Virus record (IMG/VR): IMGVR_UViG_3300025727_000815
Coordinates: 1-54,442 of that record
From: a virus
Lineage: Duplodnaviria; Caudoviricetes
Strand: one strand, 5' to 3'
Length of the DNA stretch: 54,442 bases
In this document: positions 28,454 to 38,234 of the stretch, one piece after another
Numbering within the stretch: position 1 is the first letter of the stretch
Layout of the letters: each line of letters begins with the position of its first letter
Notes under the pieces: generated by a model
What the model was told of the DNA's origin: nothing
Databases searched by the model: none
The model's input: the letters and a program-made list of their open reading frames with translations, nothing else
Program-made: the position numbers and the translations under genes

Positions 28454-29075
28454 TATGGACTTTCTCTTTTAATAACCCCACAGAAATATGAGTTATCTTT
28501 GATAATATATCTTCAAAATGAAAATTATTATTGTTACCACCAGTTTGACCAGGAAAATCTGATTCTCCTTTTAACGATATTGTTAAATCTGCAAACTCAT
28601 TACAATTATTTATAGAATTTCTTGTAACCAATATAGTTTTCATTTCTTTTTCTTTAGCCACTCTAAATGCCTCCAAGACATTCTTTGAATTGCCAGAACC
28701 GGACATTCCAAAAACAACATCATCTTTGACACCTTGATATTTTAATTGTTCGCTGAATATAAATCTAAATCCTAAGTCATTACTAACACCAGTAATAGTT
28801 GCTTGATCACTACATAAACTAACACATTTAAAATTATTTCGTGGAATTGTTTGGGCACCTTTATCTTCTGATACGAATGGATGCATATTCATATCTACTA
28901 CCAAGTTCTGTACTGAAGCCACATTTCCACCATTACCACATGCAAATACTGTTTTTTCATTATCATATGCCTCAAATATCATATCAACAAATTCTATAAT
29001 TTTACTTGTAGGTATATTGTGAAATGAATTTGATGATTCTGTCTTATATAAATCAATTAGTTTTCTTTTATCCAT
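28443..29075 (-). CDS. gmhA: SIS-domain phosphoheptose isomerase
   Basis: CGNGG, SNDLG, SGSGNSKNV. Confidence 0.8.
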   Translation of the reverse strand: MDKRKLIDLYKTESSNSFHNIPTSKIIEFVDMIFEAYDNEKTVFACGNGGNVASVQNLVVDMNMHPFVSEDKGAQTIPRNNFKCVSLCSDQATITGVSNDLGFRFIFSEQLKYQGVKDDVVFGMSGSGNSKNVLEAFRVAKEKEMKTILVTRNSINNCNEFADLTISLKGESDFPGQTGGNNNNFHFEDILSKITHISVGLLKEKVHNEN

Positions 29076-30747
29076 GATTATTTTCCTTGTTCATATACTT
29101 TGCTAATAAATATTTTCCATATAAAAATAAAAAATTACCATACTTCCCATCTTTAAAATTATCATACAATGTACAGATATTAAAATATTGTAAAATTCCC
29201 AAAAGTTCTACATTATCCCAGTCATAATTATTTTCATCACAAAACTTTTTAAAAATATCCATAAAATAAACCAGATTACTTTTTGAATAAAACTTTACTC
29301 TTGCACCGTTACCATATGCATAAGTTACATCATAATCAAACATATCTTTTAATATACTTTGCCCATTAATCATTAATGCATGATATAATTTTCCCAAATC
29401 ATAATAAATATCACCAACATCTATACTATTTCCAAATTGTTGTCTCCAATCTATCAATACAAATTTATTATTTTCTCTATCGTATAAAATGTTCTCTGGT
29501 TGTAAATCTCCATGAAAATAAGAAGGTATTGCATTTTGATAAAATTCTGTCCAATTAATTTTATCTAACATAACTTCTATAGGTTCTACCTCAACCCCAT
29601 TAATATTAGTAACCCCATCTAAACTTGTTCCAGATAATGACTTTACTCTTTCCTTAGTTTTTGTTTCATACATTTGAATACAATCATCTATAAAAGTATC
29701 AGTAACTTCTTGTTCTATAAATAAATTTTCTTGACAATTATCTAAAAAATTTCTCATAAGAGATTCATCTGTAATATTTGATAACATTTCTCCTCTAATA
29801 TAATCATAACAATACATATTATCATTTATAACAGTTACTTTCGGACAATTATCATTTAAATATTTAATTCTTTCTATCCGTTGTAATGCTTTTTCTGAAT
29901 CATTAAAATATTTAATCACTTTCTTCTTGTGTATAAAAATGGCTTCATCACTCTTATTAGCTACAACATCATTACAAAAAACCTTTTTGGTATCATTGTA
30001 AGATTTATTATTTCCGGTATCATGCCAAGTAAAATCAATCAATCTAATATTTTCCAAACCATCAAATCCATGTATAACTTGATACTCATCTTTTACTATT
30101 TGTCTATCTTCTAATGCATTCCAAAAATCCACATAATCGTGTATTCCTGCCATACCTACATAAGCTCTATTTCCTGTTCCATAATACAAATTTTCTAAAT
30201 ATTTACTTCCTCGTACTAAACAATAATTCATTGAATCTTCTAAATCAACTTTTGAAACTCCTAACCAATTATCACTAATATAATTAAAAGCCATATCTTC
30301 GTCAACTATAGTATCTACTGACGTAAACATAAAGGGTACTTGTAATTCATCTTTACAACATAATAAACTATAACCTGGACCTGAACCTTTTTTATCATAA
30401 TTATCAACATCTACATATGTTATTTTTCTATCTGTATATACAGTATCTAGATAAGTTTTTATTTGTTCTGATTTGTAACCCACAGCAATTACTATCTCTA
30501 CCTGTGTATCCAACTTATCAATAATATAAGATATAACAGGTTTATTTTCTAATGGAAGTAAGGCTTTATGTAATCCACTAATATCATTATTTCTTGTTCC
30601 CCTACCTGCTGCTAAAATACAAAATTTAAAATTATAATTCAGTTCAGATTCACACTCTGAACAATAGTAAACATCAATATAATTATTACCAAAGTCATGA
30701 TAAACTTTTACAGTAGATTGACAATTAGTACAATATGCAGTTTTCAT
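29068..30747 (-). CDS. Zn-ribbon + NTP-transferase + kinase/phosphotransferase fusion
   Basis: CTNC..CSEC; ILAAGRGTR, HKALL; HGDLQPENI, LIDWR. Confidence 0.8.
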   Translation of the reverse strand: MKTAYCTNCQSTVKVYHDFGNNYIDVYYCSECESELNYNFKFCILAAGRGTRNNDISGLHKALLPLENKPVISYIIDKLDTQVEIVIAVGYKSEQIKTYLDTVYTDRKITYVDVDNYDKKGSGPGYSLLCCKDELQVPFMFTSVDTIVDEDMAFNYISDNWLGVSKVDLEDSMNYCLVRGSKYLENLYYGTGNRAYVGMAGIHDYVDFWNALEDRQIVKDEYQVIHGFDGLENIRLIDFTWHDTGNNKSYNDTKKVFCNDVVANKSDEAIFIHKKKVIKYFNDSEKALQRIERIKYLNDNCPKVTVINDNMYCYDYIRGEMLSNITDESLMRNFLDNCQENLFIEQEVTDTFIDDCIQMYETKTKERVKSLSGTSLDGVTNINGVEVEPIEVMLDKINWTEFYQNAIPSYFHGDLQPENILYDRENNKFVLIDWRQQFGNSIDVGDIYYDLGKLYHALMINGQSILKDMFDYDVTYAYGNGARVKFYSKSNLVYFMDIFKKFCDENNYDWDNVELLGILQYFNICTLYDNFKDGKYGNFLFLYGKYLLAKYMNKENNHG

Positions 30748-31239
30748 TTAATTCCTATCATGTTCTGTTTCTATTTTACCACTACCTCTATCTGAATCAT
30801 CTTCAAATCTAATACAGTCATTCAAATGAGCAGTAGAACACTCTAAAGCAGTATAATCAGTTGTAGCTATAACTCTATGTTTAGTTTTTAATGGAACACA
30901 CCAACCGTCTCCAACTTTATATGTTTTCGATTCCATTGTACCATCATCTTTTTCTAATAATACTTCAGCCTCACCTTCAATAACATAATTTGTTTCAACC
31001 TTCTTTTCATGCCATTGTAAACTACTCTGATATCCCTTGTTCATATGAATTAGTTTGTAAGCATAATGTTCATTCAACTCTAACCATATTTCATAACCCC
31101 AAGGCTTTTCTACTCTATATGAACTAATATCTAATCGGTGAGATTTATTCTCATCTATCTTATCTTTATATTCTTCAAGGGCATCTCGTATCAAATCATC
31201 TTGTATATGTTCATATTTTGACATCTTTAACTCCCTCAT
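30748..31239 (-). CDS. Cupin domain protein
   Basis: EKPWG, SLQWHEKKVET, KHRV. Confidence 0.8.
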   Translation of the reverse strand: MRELKMSKYEHIQDDLIRDALEEYKDKIDENKSHRLDISSYRVEKPWGYEIWLELNEHYAYKLIHMNKGYQSSLQWHEKKVETNYVIEGEAEVLLEKDDGTMESKTYKVGDGWCVPLKTKHRVIATTDYTALECSTAHLNDCIRFEDDSDRGSGKIETEHDRN

Positions 31240-31579
31240 CTCTATTTAAATTTATAACACTAGCTGCAACTCGACCGTCTGGTTTCTTATCATTAATTAA
31301 TACCCTATCACCACCACCAATTCCCATAACAAGTTGATCATAAATTATTCCAGCCTTTCTCAACTGTTCTTCAGTTGATTTTCTCATACCTTCTTTTCTA
31401 CCAGTAGTAAGAATTATATTATAACCTTTACCGTCCCACTCCCACAACTTTTCTTTAGTACCTGGAAGCACTTTCATATTTTGTTCTAAATCATATCTAG
31501 TTATATCGTTATTTCCGCTGTTTGGATGTTCAGTTAATGTGCCATCCAGATCACAAAAAATTGTTTTAGGTCTACTCAT
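31211..31579 (-). CDS. HAD-superfamily phosphatase
   Basis: CDLDGTL, TTGR, LINDKKP. Confidence 0.85.
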   Translation of the reverse strand: MSRPKTIFCDLDGTLTEHPNSGNNDITRYDLEQNMKVLPGTKEKLWEWDGKGYNIILTTGRKEGMRKSTEEQLRKAGIIYDQLVMGIGGGDRVLINDKKPDGRVAASVINLNRDEGVKDVKI

Positions 31580-31604
31580 ATTTCAAACTCCTTTAATATT
31601 TCCA

Positions 31605-32498
31605 TCAATCTAACTCATACATTTTTACGTTTCTTTCAGGTGTTCCCGCCCAACCTGGATATGCATATGTATCTGTAGTCAAATATTTATCTTGTTTTTC
31701 TAAACAAGGTCTAATGAACAGGAATATTGCATCTCGTGGTTCTGTTCCAGGTTTTGGACAACTTGCTCTATGATAAACATTGGGTGTAAGTATACCATAA
31801 GTTCCAGGAGGTCCTTCTAGATTTGCCAATTGCCATCCACTCTCTAATTTTTCTTTAATGACCGTTGGTGGAATCCTTGACGCGGGATATATTTGTGGTT
31901 TAATTGCATCTCTGTGAGGTGCCATTCTATAAGAAGGTATAACTGGAATATCACCGTTTTCATCTATTAAAAACTTAAAAGCTCCACTATCCCCCGTAAC
32001 CGTATTTAAATTGATAAGCATTTTCAAAAATTCTGTAGGACAATCATCATAATGCCATTTCCATGACGAATCATACATTGAATCGTCCCACTCATTATCT
32101 GGTTGGTTATCCAAAGGTACATTTCTATACAAATGAAAGAATTCTATCTTAGCATTACTTCCAAAAACTTCTCGCTCGACAATTGGCATTATCAATTCTA
32201 ACAGTTCATAAATTTCATCTATACTTTTCCAATCATCCACTCTTATAGCATGTTTTGGTCCGACGTGACATCCACCATTATCTATGGCTTTGTCCATTTT
32301 TTTATGTATTTGAGATATCAAATAATCATATCTCTCACTTTCCTCTTTTGAAAATGAATCTAATATATTTGTATCTGCTGTTAAATCATATAAAGAATCA
32401 TATTTGCCCGTAGATGTTTCCCATTTTTCTCTACATAAATCGTAATGTTCTCTATATGTTCCTGGTTTATCTTGTTGTACTAAAGTATGTTGTATCAT
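31605..32498 (-). CDS. Putative 2OG-Fe(II) dioxygenase (PhyH-like)
   Basis: WHYD (HxD), YHRA, distal R. Confidence 0.65.
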   Translation of the reverse strand: MIQHTLVQQDKPGTYREHYDLCREKWETSTGKYDSLYDLTADTNILDSFSKEESERYDYLISQIHKKMDKAIDNGGCHVGPKHAIRVDDWKSIDEIYELLELIMPIVEREVFGSNAKIEFFHLYRNVPLDNQPDNEWDDSMYDSSWKWHYDDCPTEFLKMLINLNTVTGDSGAFKFLIDENGDIPVIPSYRMAPHRDAIKPQIYPASRIPPTVIKEKLESGWQLANLEGPPGTYGILTPNVYHRASCPKPGTEPRDAIFLFIRPCLEKQDKYLTTDTYAYPGWAGTPERNVKMYELD

Positions 32499-32508
32499 AA
32501 TTTATCTC

Positions 32509-33207
32509 CTATCCCGTTTTAAATTTATTATATAAAACCTCTCCTACCTCAAATTGCCATGGATAATCAATATCAAAAACTTCCAATTCATCCATTTCAA
32601 ATAACTCTGGATTTCCTTTGGTGAATGGTGTATCACCCATCCAAATTTCATCCTTAATAGTATCTATCCTTGATGCATAAAGAGTATGAGCGGCTTCATA
32701 AATTTTCTCTACCATTTTAGTATTCATAATAGTAAACCCTTCGGGCCATTTTGTAATCAAATCACCGTTTCCATTCCAATAATATTGTTTCTTCCCTATA
32801 ACACCAAACAACCCATCCGAATCTGAATGCATATATTTCGCAACAAACGCATCAATAGTTTCCGTCTTTAATAACGGAGCACAAGCATTAATAAGTACAA
32901 CATATTTATATGGAAGTTTATCACTCCACTCATACATTCCAGATACAGTATGTTCTTCATTGGCAGATTTCTCAGATCTATGAAAAACATTAACATCATA
33001 CTTTTCACATAATTCTACTAATTCTCTTTCATATACTGAACAATAAAAATTGTCATTTGGAATGATTTTAGAATCCAATACTTTTTGTATCCCCAATCCC
33101 ATCAATGTAGTATCTGAAAATGGTTTTGTCATTTTGCGTGGAACTCTTGTTGAATTTAACCTAGCTTGAATTACAAAACATATATCCTTTAAAGATTTAT
33201 TTACCAC
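32509..33207 (-). CDS. neuA: Acylneuraminate cytidylyltransferase
   Basis: QARLNSTRVPRK, CAPLL, FDIDYPWQF. Confidence 0.85.
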   Translation of the reverse strand: MVNKSLKDICFVIQARLNSTRVPRKMTKPFSDTTLMGLGIQKVLDSKIIPNDNFYCSVYERELVELCEKYDVNVFHRSEKSANEEHTVSGMYEWSDKLPYKYVVLINACAPLLKTETIDAFVAKYMHSDSDGLFGVIGKKQYYWNGNGDLITKWPEGFTIMNTKMVEKIYEAAHTLYASRIDTIKDEIWMGDTPFTKGNPELFEMDELEVFDIDYPWQFEVGEVLYNKFKTG

Positions 33208-33887
33208 GCAGTATAGCCTCCATCTATTAAAAATTCTCCACCATTACAATAAGATGACTCATTTGAACATAAAAATTTAACTATCCCATTTAGTTCACTA
33301 ACATTCATCATCCGCCCAATAGGAACTCTATCATTATATTTTTTAGTAAATCTTTCTGATTGTGAATCTTTAACTCCACCAGGAATAACACAGTTCACTC
33401 TAATATTTGGTGCTAAATTAACTGCTAAATATTTAGATAACTGACGAACTGCACACTTAGAAATTGGATACCCAATATGTTTATTATCACTTCCATACAT
33501 TGAAGGGTCTGGAGAAACCACGCCATATATAGATGAAAAATTAACAATAACACCTGTTTTATTTACTCGAGCAAATTCTCTACATACTGAAAACAAACTT
33601 GTTACATTCACATTTAAATATTCATTTACTGAATCCAAGGAAATATCATAAATATCATTTCCTTTTGGATAATCAGATTCTTCTATATGTTGATTCAAAG
33701 CAAATAAATTTACTAAACACTCTGCTGGATTTTCACTAAAAAACTTTTTAGCTACAGATTCGTCTGTTAAATCATAACCTAAACTTTTCGAACATCTTAT
33801 AACTTTATAACCTGTTTGTTCTAAAAAATTACTTACCTCTTTACCGATAAGTCCTGTAGAACCAGTAACAATTACTCTTTGCATCAA
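33201..33887 (-). CDS. SDR oxidoreductase
   Basis: TGSTGLIG, SSIYG, YPISK, IDGG. Confidence 0.88.
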   Translation of the reverse strand: MMQRVIVTGSTGLIGKEVSNFLEQTGYKVIRCSKSLGYDLTDESVAKKFFSENPAECLVNLFALNQHIEESDYPKGNDIYDISLDSVNEYLNVNVTSLFSVCREFARVNKTGVIVNFSSIYGVVSPDPSMYGSDNKHIGYPISKCAVRQLSKYLAVNLAPNIRVNCVIPGGVKDSQSERFTKKYNDRVPIGRMMNVSELNGIVKFLCSNESSYCNGGEFLIDGGYTAW

Positions 33888-35005
33888 TAATAGTTTCCTA
33901 TTTTTGGCATATCACATTCCGAATTACATTTTATACAGGGATTTAACTCAAAATGATCTTTCCTAAATTTATCATATAGATCACCATTCCAAATATCATA
34001 TAAACTCTTTTTGTAAGAATCTCCAAGAAATATTTCATTGTTATAGTCTTCCATACACATATGAACCTCGCCATCAGACTTAACACTCATTGACATCCAG
34101 GGATGTTTACAAAATTCTGACCAGTGAACTGATTCTGTACCATAAAAATTCTCTCTCTGATCAGGTAACATTCTATTTCTTTGTTCTAAATAGTCCTTTA
34201 ATGTTACATCTTTTCTATACCATTGTTGATCTTCACTTTTTAAATATATGTATACATCATGATCTTTAAATACTTCTTTTAATTTTTCGAATTCTTCTAG
34301 TTGTGTATCATCATGTCCAATATCAATCATAGTAATTATAATTGTAGTATCAAATCCTCTTTCTTCTTTTATAGATAAAACTTCCAAAGTTTTTTTATAC
34401 GCTTCAGTAAAATTAGCTGCTGCACCTCTGACCTCTTTAAATTTAACATCATCTGTGCTTTCAAATGAATATTTTAAATAATTTAATCCATAACCCATCA
34501 TTTCCTCTGTCCGTTCAACATTTATATTTGCTGGGGTACAACTAAAATAAGATTCAAAATCATTTTCTGATAATACTTTAACTACTTTACCTATATTTTT
34601 ATCTAAAAGAGGGTCACCATATCCGTGTAACTGTATCACCTTTGGAATTACATAAAGGAAAAAATGATTTTCACTAGCTGCATCATCTGGTCTTATTCCA
34701 TATGTTTTAGTTACAAATTTTTCCCATTTAGACCAAAGTTCTTTACTATGTGGTTTTATTTGAGTTACTATATCTTCATAAAAATCTTCTTCTAAAAATG
34801 TAATATCTCTTGTCATTCTACTGGTACGAGGACACATCTTACATCTCATATTACACGCATTAGTAGTTTCTATATTATATATTATGGGGTCTTTTGATCT
34901 ATAACTTTCAAAAGTATTCATAACATCTTTCATAGGCAAATTTTCACCATTTTCCAATTTTTTTACAATTGGATGTGATTTCATATAAAAATCTACATCA
35001 TACAT
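33884..35005 (-). CDS. Radical SAM protein with C-terminal SPASM/twitch domain
   Basis: CNMRCKMC; C-terminal CKHPW...MC...CIKC. Confidence 0.9.
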   Translation of the reverse strand: MYDVDFYMKSHPIVKKLENGENLPMKDVMNTFESYRSKDPIIYNIETTNACNMRCKMCPRTSRMTRDITFLEEDFYEDIVTQIKPHSKELWSKWEKFVTKTYGIRPDDAASENHFFLYVIPKVIQLHGYGDPLLDKNIGKVVKVLSENDFESYFSCTPANINVERTEEMMGYGLNYLKYSFESTDDVKFKEVRGAAANFTEAYKKTLEVLSIKEERGFDTTIIITMIDIGHDDTQLEEFEKLKEVFKDHDVYIYLKSEDQQWYRKDVTLKDYLEQRNRMLPDQRENFYGTESVHWSEFCKHPWMSMSVKSDGEVHMCMEDYNNEIFLGDSYKKSLYDIWNGDLYDKFRKDHFELNPCIKCNSECDMPKIGNYY

Positions 35006-35853
35006 TAGCTAATCTTCCTTTTAATTTCTTCTGTTAGTGAGAAATGTTCTTTACTCCAAATAGAACTAAAATTGTATTCTGAATTTTCTCCCAAGTTGTA
35101 AAGTCTAGTATCATAATTTAATTCATTTAAAATATAATTCCATAATTCTTCATATTGTCCATAATAAATATCATAAGCGTTATATTCGTTGACTTGATGT
35201 GGTAAATTAACCTTACCATCTTCAAAAGAATGTTCCATATTATTTTTATTTAAAGTTTTAGTCTTAACAGAAACTCCTGGGCATCCATCCATACCAACAA
35301 AATAAATTTCTTTAGGTTTCATCTCTAATGCAAACATTAACAATCTAGGAACACCGCCTAATTTACCATATATTCTAGTATTAAAACAACTAATTTTAGG
35401 ATAATTTTCATATAATAATCTTAAATATGTTTTTTCTTTCTCCCATCTAGAATGTAATTCAAACATCAATATAGGATTAAACTCATTTACATAATTCAAA
35501 AAGTCATCACTTTGATAATCCACCTCACCACCAATAACTGCAATATCTACTTTCCTGTTCTTCAAATTGGAATTTAAATAAAAATGATTTAAAGAAAATA
35601 TATAATCATATTCTAAATTATACCATTTAACTTCATTTGTAGTAGGTCCAGCTCCAACAATTAATATTTTACTATCTTTAAATTTATCAAATTCATCCAA
35701 ATAATTATATACTATATCAGAACTTTCATTTAAATTATTTGTAAATGGAAATAAACTTTTTAATTGCCCTGTAGAATAAGATTTGAAGGGAGCTATATGT
35801 GAATAAAAATCCTGCATTTCAACAGTACCACGATCTTGGTCAAAAAGGCTCAC
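35005..35853 (-). CDS. DUF115/sialyltransferase-like protein
   Basis: IVGAGPT, SLNHFY, EIYFVGMDG. Confidence 0.6.
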   Translation of the reverse strand: MSLFDQDRGTVEMQDFYSHIAPFKSYSTGQLKSLFPFTNNLNESSDIVYNYLDEFDKFKDSKILIVGAGPTTNEVKWYNLEYDYIFSLNHFYLNSNLKNRKVDIAVIGGEVDYQSDDFLNYVNEFNPILMFELHSRWEKEKTYLRLLYENYPKISCFNTRIYGKLGGVPRLLMFALEMKPKEIYFVGMDGCPGVSVKTKTLNKNNMEHSFEDGKVNLPHQVNEYNAYDIYYGQYEELWNYILNELNYDTRLYNLGENSEYNFSSIWSKEHFSLTEEIKRKIS

Positions 35854-36708
35854 CTATCCCCTCAAATGTTTTCGTACTTTTTTCTCTGATTCTGTAACCT
35901 TTATTTCTCCATCGCCCCGAGCTAGTTCTAATTCTCTAATCCCACTCATTAATTTAAATAACCCCTGTGGCTCTACTGACGACAATTGATCAGAACCCCA
36001 CATTGACCTATCTAATGTAATATGTCTCTCAATAACTGAAGCACCTAAATAAGTAGCCGCTACTGAAGTGGATAGTCTAAATTCATGTCCACTATATCCC
36101 ACTTCACAATTATATCTTTCTTTAAGTGTTTTGATTGCACTTAAATTCAATTCATCTATTGGTGCAGGATATGTAGAATTACAATGTAATAAAACAAAAT
36201 TTCCAGCTTTTTCATAATACGGTTCTACTACAATCTTTGATTTTAACAAAACTACAGCATGATCTATCTCTTCTCTAGTACTCATACCAGTACTTAGAAT
36301 TACTTTTTTATCCGTATCTCTCGCCGCTATTAATAATTCATCATTGGTCAACATCGCTGATGGTATTTTGATATATGGGATATCATACTGCATTAAAAAT
36401 TCTAAACTATCTAAATCCCAGGGTGATGCAGACCAATCAATTTTTCTTTCTTTACAATATACATCTATTTCATCGTATTCTTCTTTTCCAAACTCTACCT
36501 TATATTTGTAGTCCAAATAAGTCATTTTACCCCACGGCGTTTCTCTTATTTTAGATTTCTCATCTTCGGGAACACAAACATCGGGATTTCTCTTTTGGAA
36601 TTTTACTGAATCACACCCAGCCGCCGACGCAATATCTATCAATCTTTTAGCAATATCCATATCACCATTATGATTTATTCCTATTTCTGCTATAAAATAT
36701 GTTCTCAT
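35854..36708 (-). CDS. neuB: N-acetylneuraminate synthase family (no SAF domain)
   Basis: IAEIGINHNG, VKFQKR, LHCNSTYP, GYSGHE, ERHITLD. Confidence 0.93.
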   Translation of the reverse strand: MRTYFIAEIGINHNGDMDIAKRLIDIASAAGCDSVKFQKRNPDVCVPEDEKSKIRETPWGKMTYLDYKYKVEFGKEEYDEIDVYCKERKIDWSASPWDLDSLEFLMQYDIPYIKIPSAMLTNDELLIAARDTDKKVILSTGMSTREEIDHAVVLLKSKIVVEPYYEKAGNFVLLHCNSTYPAPIDELNLSAIKTLKERYNCEVGYSGHEFRLSTSVAATYLGASVIERHITLDRSMWGSDQLSSVEPQGLFKLMSGIRELELARGDGEIKVTESEKKVRKHLRG

Positions 36709-37331
36709 TTCATCAACCCTTCATATAACTCATTTTGTTTTACTTGTTTGTCAATTGTCTTTGGGTGATATAAAGATAATTCTTCGTGTGGTGGTAGATG
36801 TGCGTATGTTTTACAACCTGTAATGTGTTCATGAACTGGTTTTACCCATCTTATACCAGGACTGTTTCTAAAAATTCTGGCCTGATAATCGGGAAAATTC
36901 ACCCAACCTTTTTCTGTTACTTTCCATCCCCATTTTTGTGTCCACTCCTCGGTGAGACCTTCAACTGTATTTACTCTTGGTATCCAAACCAAATCAACAT
37001 CATTCATTTCTAATATAGTATGTAGTTGTTCCATTAATGTTTCGTGTGGGATTTCATCTGCATCTAAATGAAATATATAATCTCCACTACTCATTTTCTT
37101 AGTATGATTTTTTAGGTCTGAGAAGTTACCATCAAACTCAAATGGATGCCAACTAAATTCTCCATTTACTGAATGACTTCTTAAATATTCTTCTACACCT
37201 TTATTACCGTTTTTAGAATCATAGGTGATTACTATTTCGTCTTGTAACTCTTTATGTTTTAATAAAAATGTAACTAATTTTTGTAACTCTACTTCTTCAT
37301 TACAAACAGTTATGCAATAACTAATTTTCAT
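36705..37331 (-). CDS. Glycosyltransferase family 2
   Basis: HLDADE, PDYQARIF, VHE. Confidence 0.88.
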   Translation of the reverse strand: MKISYCITVCNEEVELQKLVTFLLKHKELQDEIVITYDSKNGNKGVEEYLRSHSVNGEFSWHPFEFDGNFSDLKNHTKKMSSGDYIFHLDADEIPHETLMEQLHTILEMNDVDLVWIPRVNTVEGLTEEWTQKWGWKVTEKGWVNFPDYQARIFRNSPGIRWVKPVHEHITGCKTYAHLPPHEELSLYHPKTIDKQVKQNELYEGLMK

Positions 37332-37797
37332 ATTCGAATCGGGTTTCTAATGCTTCCTTTAAACTTTTTGATAATTTTATAGGCTCTTTATAAACTGGAG
37401 ATTTTCTAGCTTTCAGATAATCATAAGTTCTATAAAGATTATTAGATCTATTTAAAGGTTTTAAATCTCTGTAAAGCCTTCTTAATTGTACTTCCCCCAT
37501 ATCTCCTTTAGTTTCTAATTTTAATCCATAAATCTTATTTTTAGCATCTACTAACTCAATTTCTCCGATTTCCATTAAAAATTTTTCTATAACATCTTTG
37601 GGAACCAATGGCCTGTTACTTTCTTCTATTTTTAATCCAATCAAAAATCGTTTAGCACCAGATTTAGTTGGTACTTTTATATCTCTAGCCAATGTTAAAA
37701 TAGAATGTGTCAAAGCTCTACCACTTCGTTCATTCTTATATCTAAATGAAATTATATCTCCCGCCTTTACCTTAGGCCATTGCGTGATTACTTTCAT
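37321..37797 (-). CDS. Hypothetical protein
   Basis: 158-aa ORF in operon. Confidence 0.7.
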   Translation of the reverse strand: MKVITQWPKVKAGDIISFRYKNERSGRALTHSILTLARDIKVPTKSGAKRFLIGLKIEESNRPLVPKDVIEKFLMEIGEIELVDAKNKIYGLKLETKGDMGEVQLRRLYRDLKPLNRSNNLYRTYDYLKARKSPVYKEPIKLSKSLKEALETRFEYEN

Positions 37798-38233
37798 TTC
37801 CCTTTCCTTCTATTATTACTTCTATATATCGTAATGCCTCATAAAATAACACATAATTAAATTCTCTAGAATTATCCATATCTAATTCAAAATCATATTC
37901 TTTTCTCTCTGATTTAATATATTTAGCCGCTTCCCAACAATAAGTATCTTGAAAAGATTCTGGATTTTCTTTCGGATACACTACACCTTTTTCTGGAACA
38001 TTTACTACAGATGGATACCAATAAATTGACCTTTCGATATCATATTGTTTTAAATCTATAACTACCTGTGGTGTATTTTTTAAATGTTTTTCCATAAATT
38101 CTGAATCATCTTCCATCCTAGCATCTGACATATAACCACATCTAAAACACATATATGATGTAAAATCTCCTTGAGATTCCTCAATACACATTTTTTCAGC
38201 ATTACATACTGGACAAATTATTCTCTTTTCCAC
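37772..38233 (-). CDS. Zn-finger hypothetical protein
   Basis: CPVC...CFRCG. Confidence 0.7.
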   Translation of the reverse strand: MEKRIICPVCNAEKMCIEESQGDFTSYMCFRCGYMSDARMEDDSEFMEKHLKNTPQVVIDLKQYDIERSIYWYPSVVNVPEKGVVYPKENPESFQDTYCWEAAKYIKSERKEYDFELDMDNSREFNYVLFYEALRYIEVIIEGKGNESNHAMA

Positions 38234-38234
38234 A

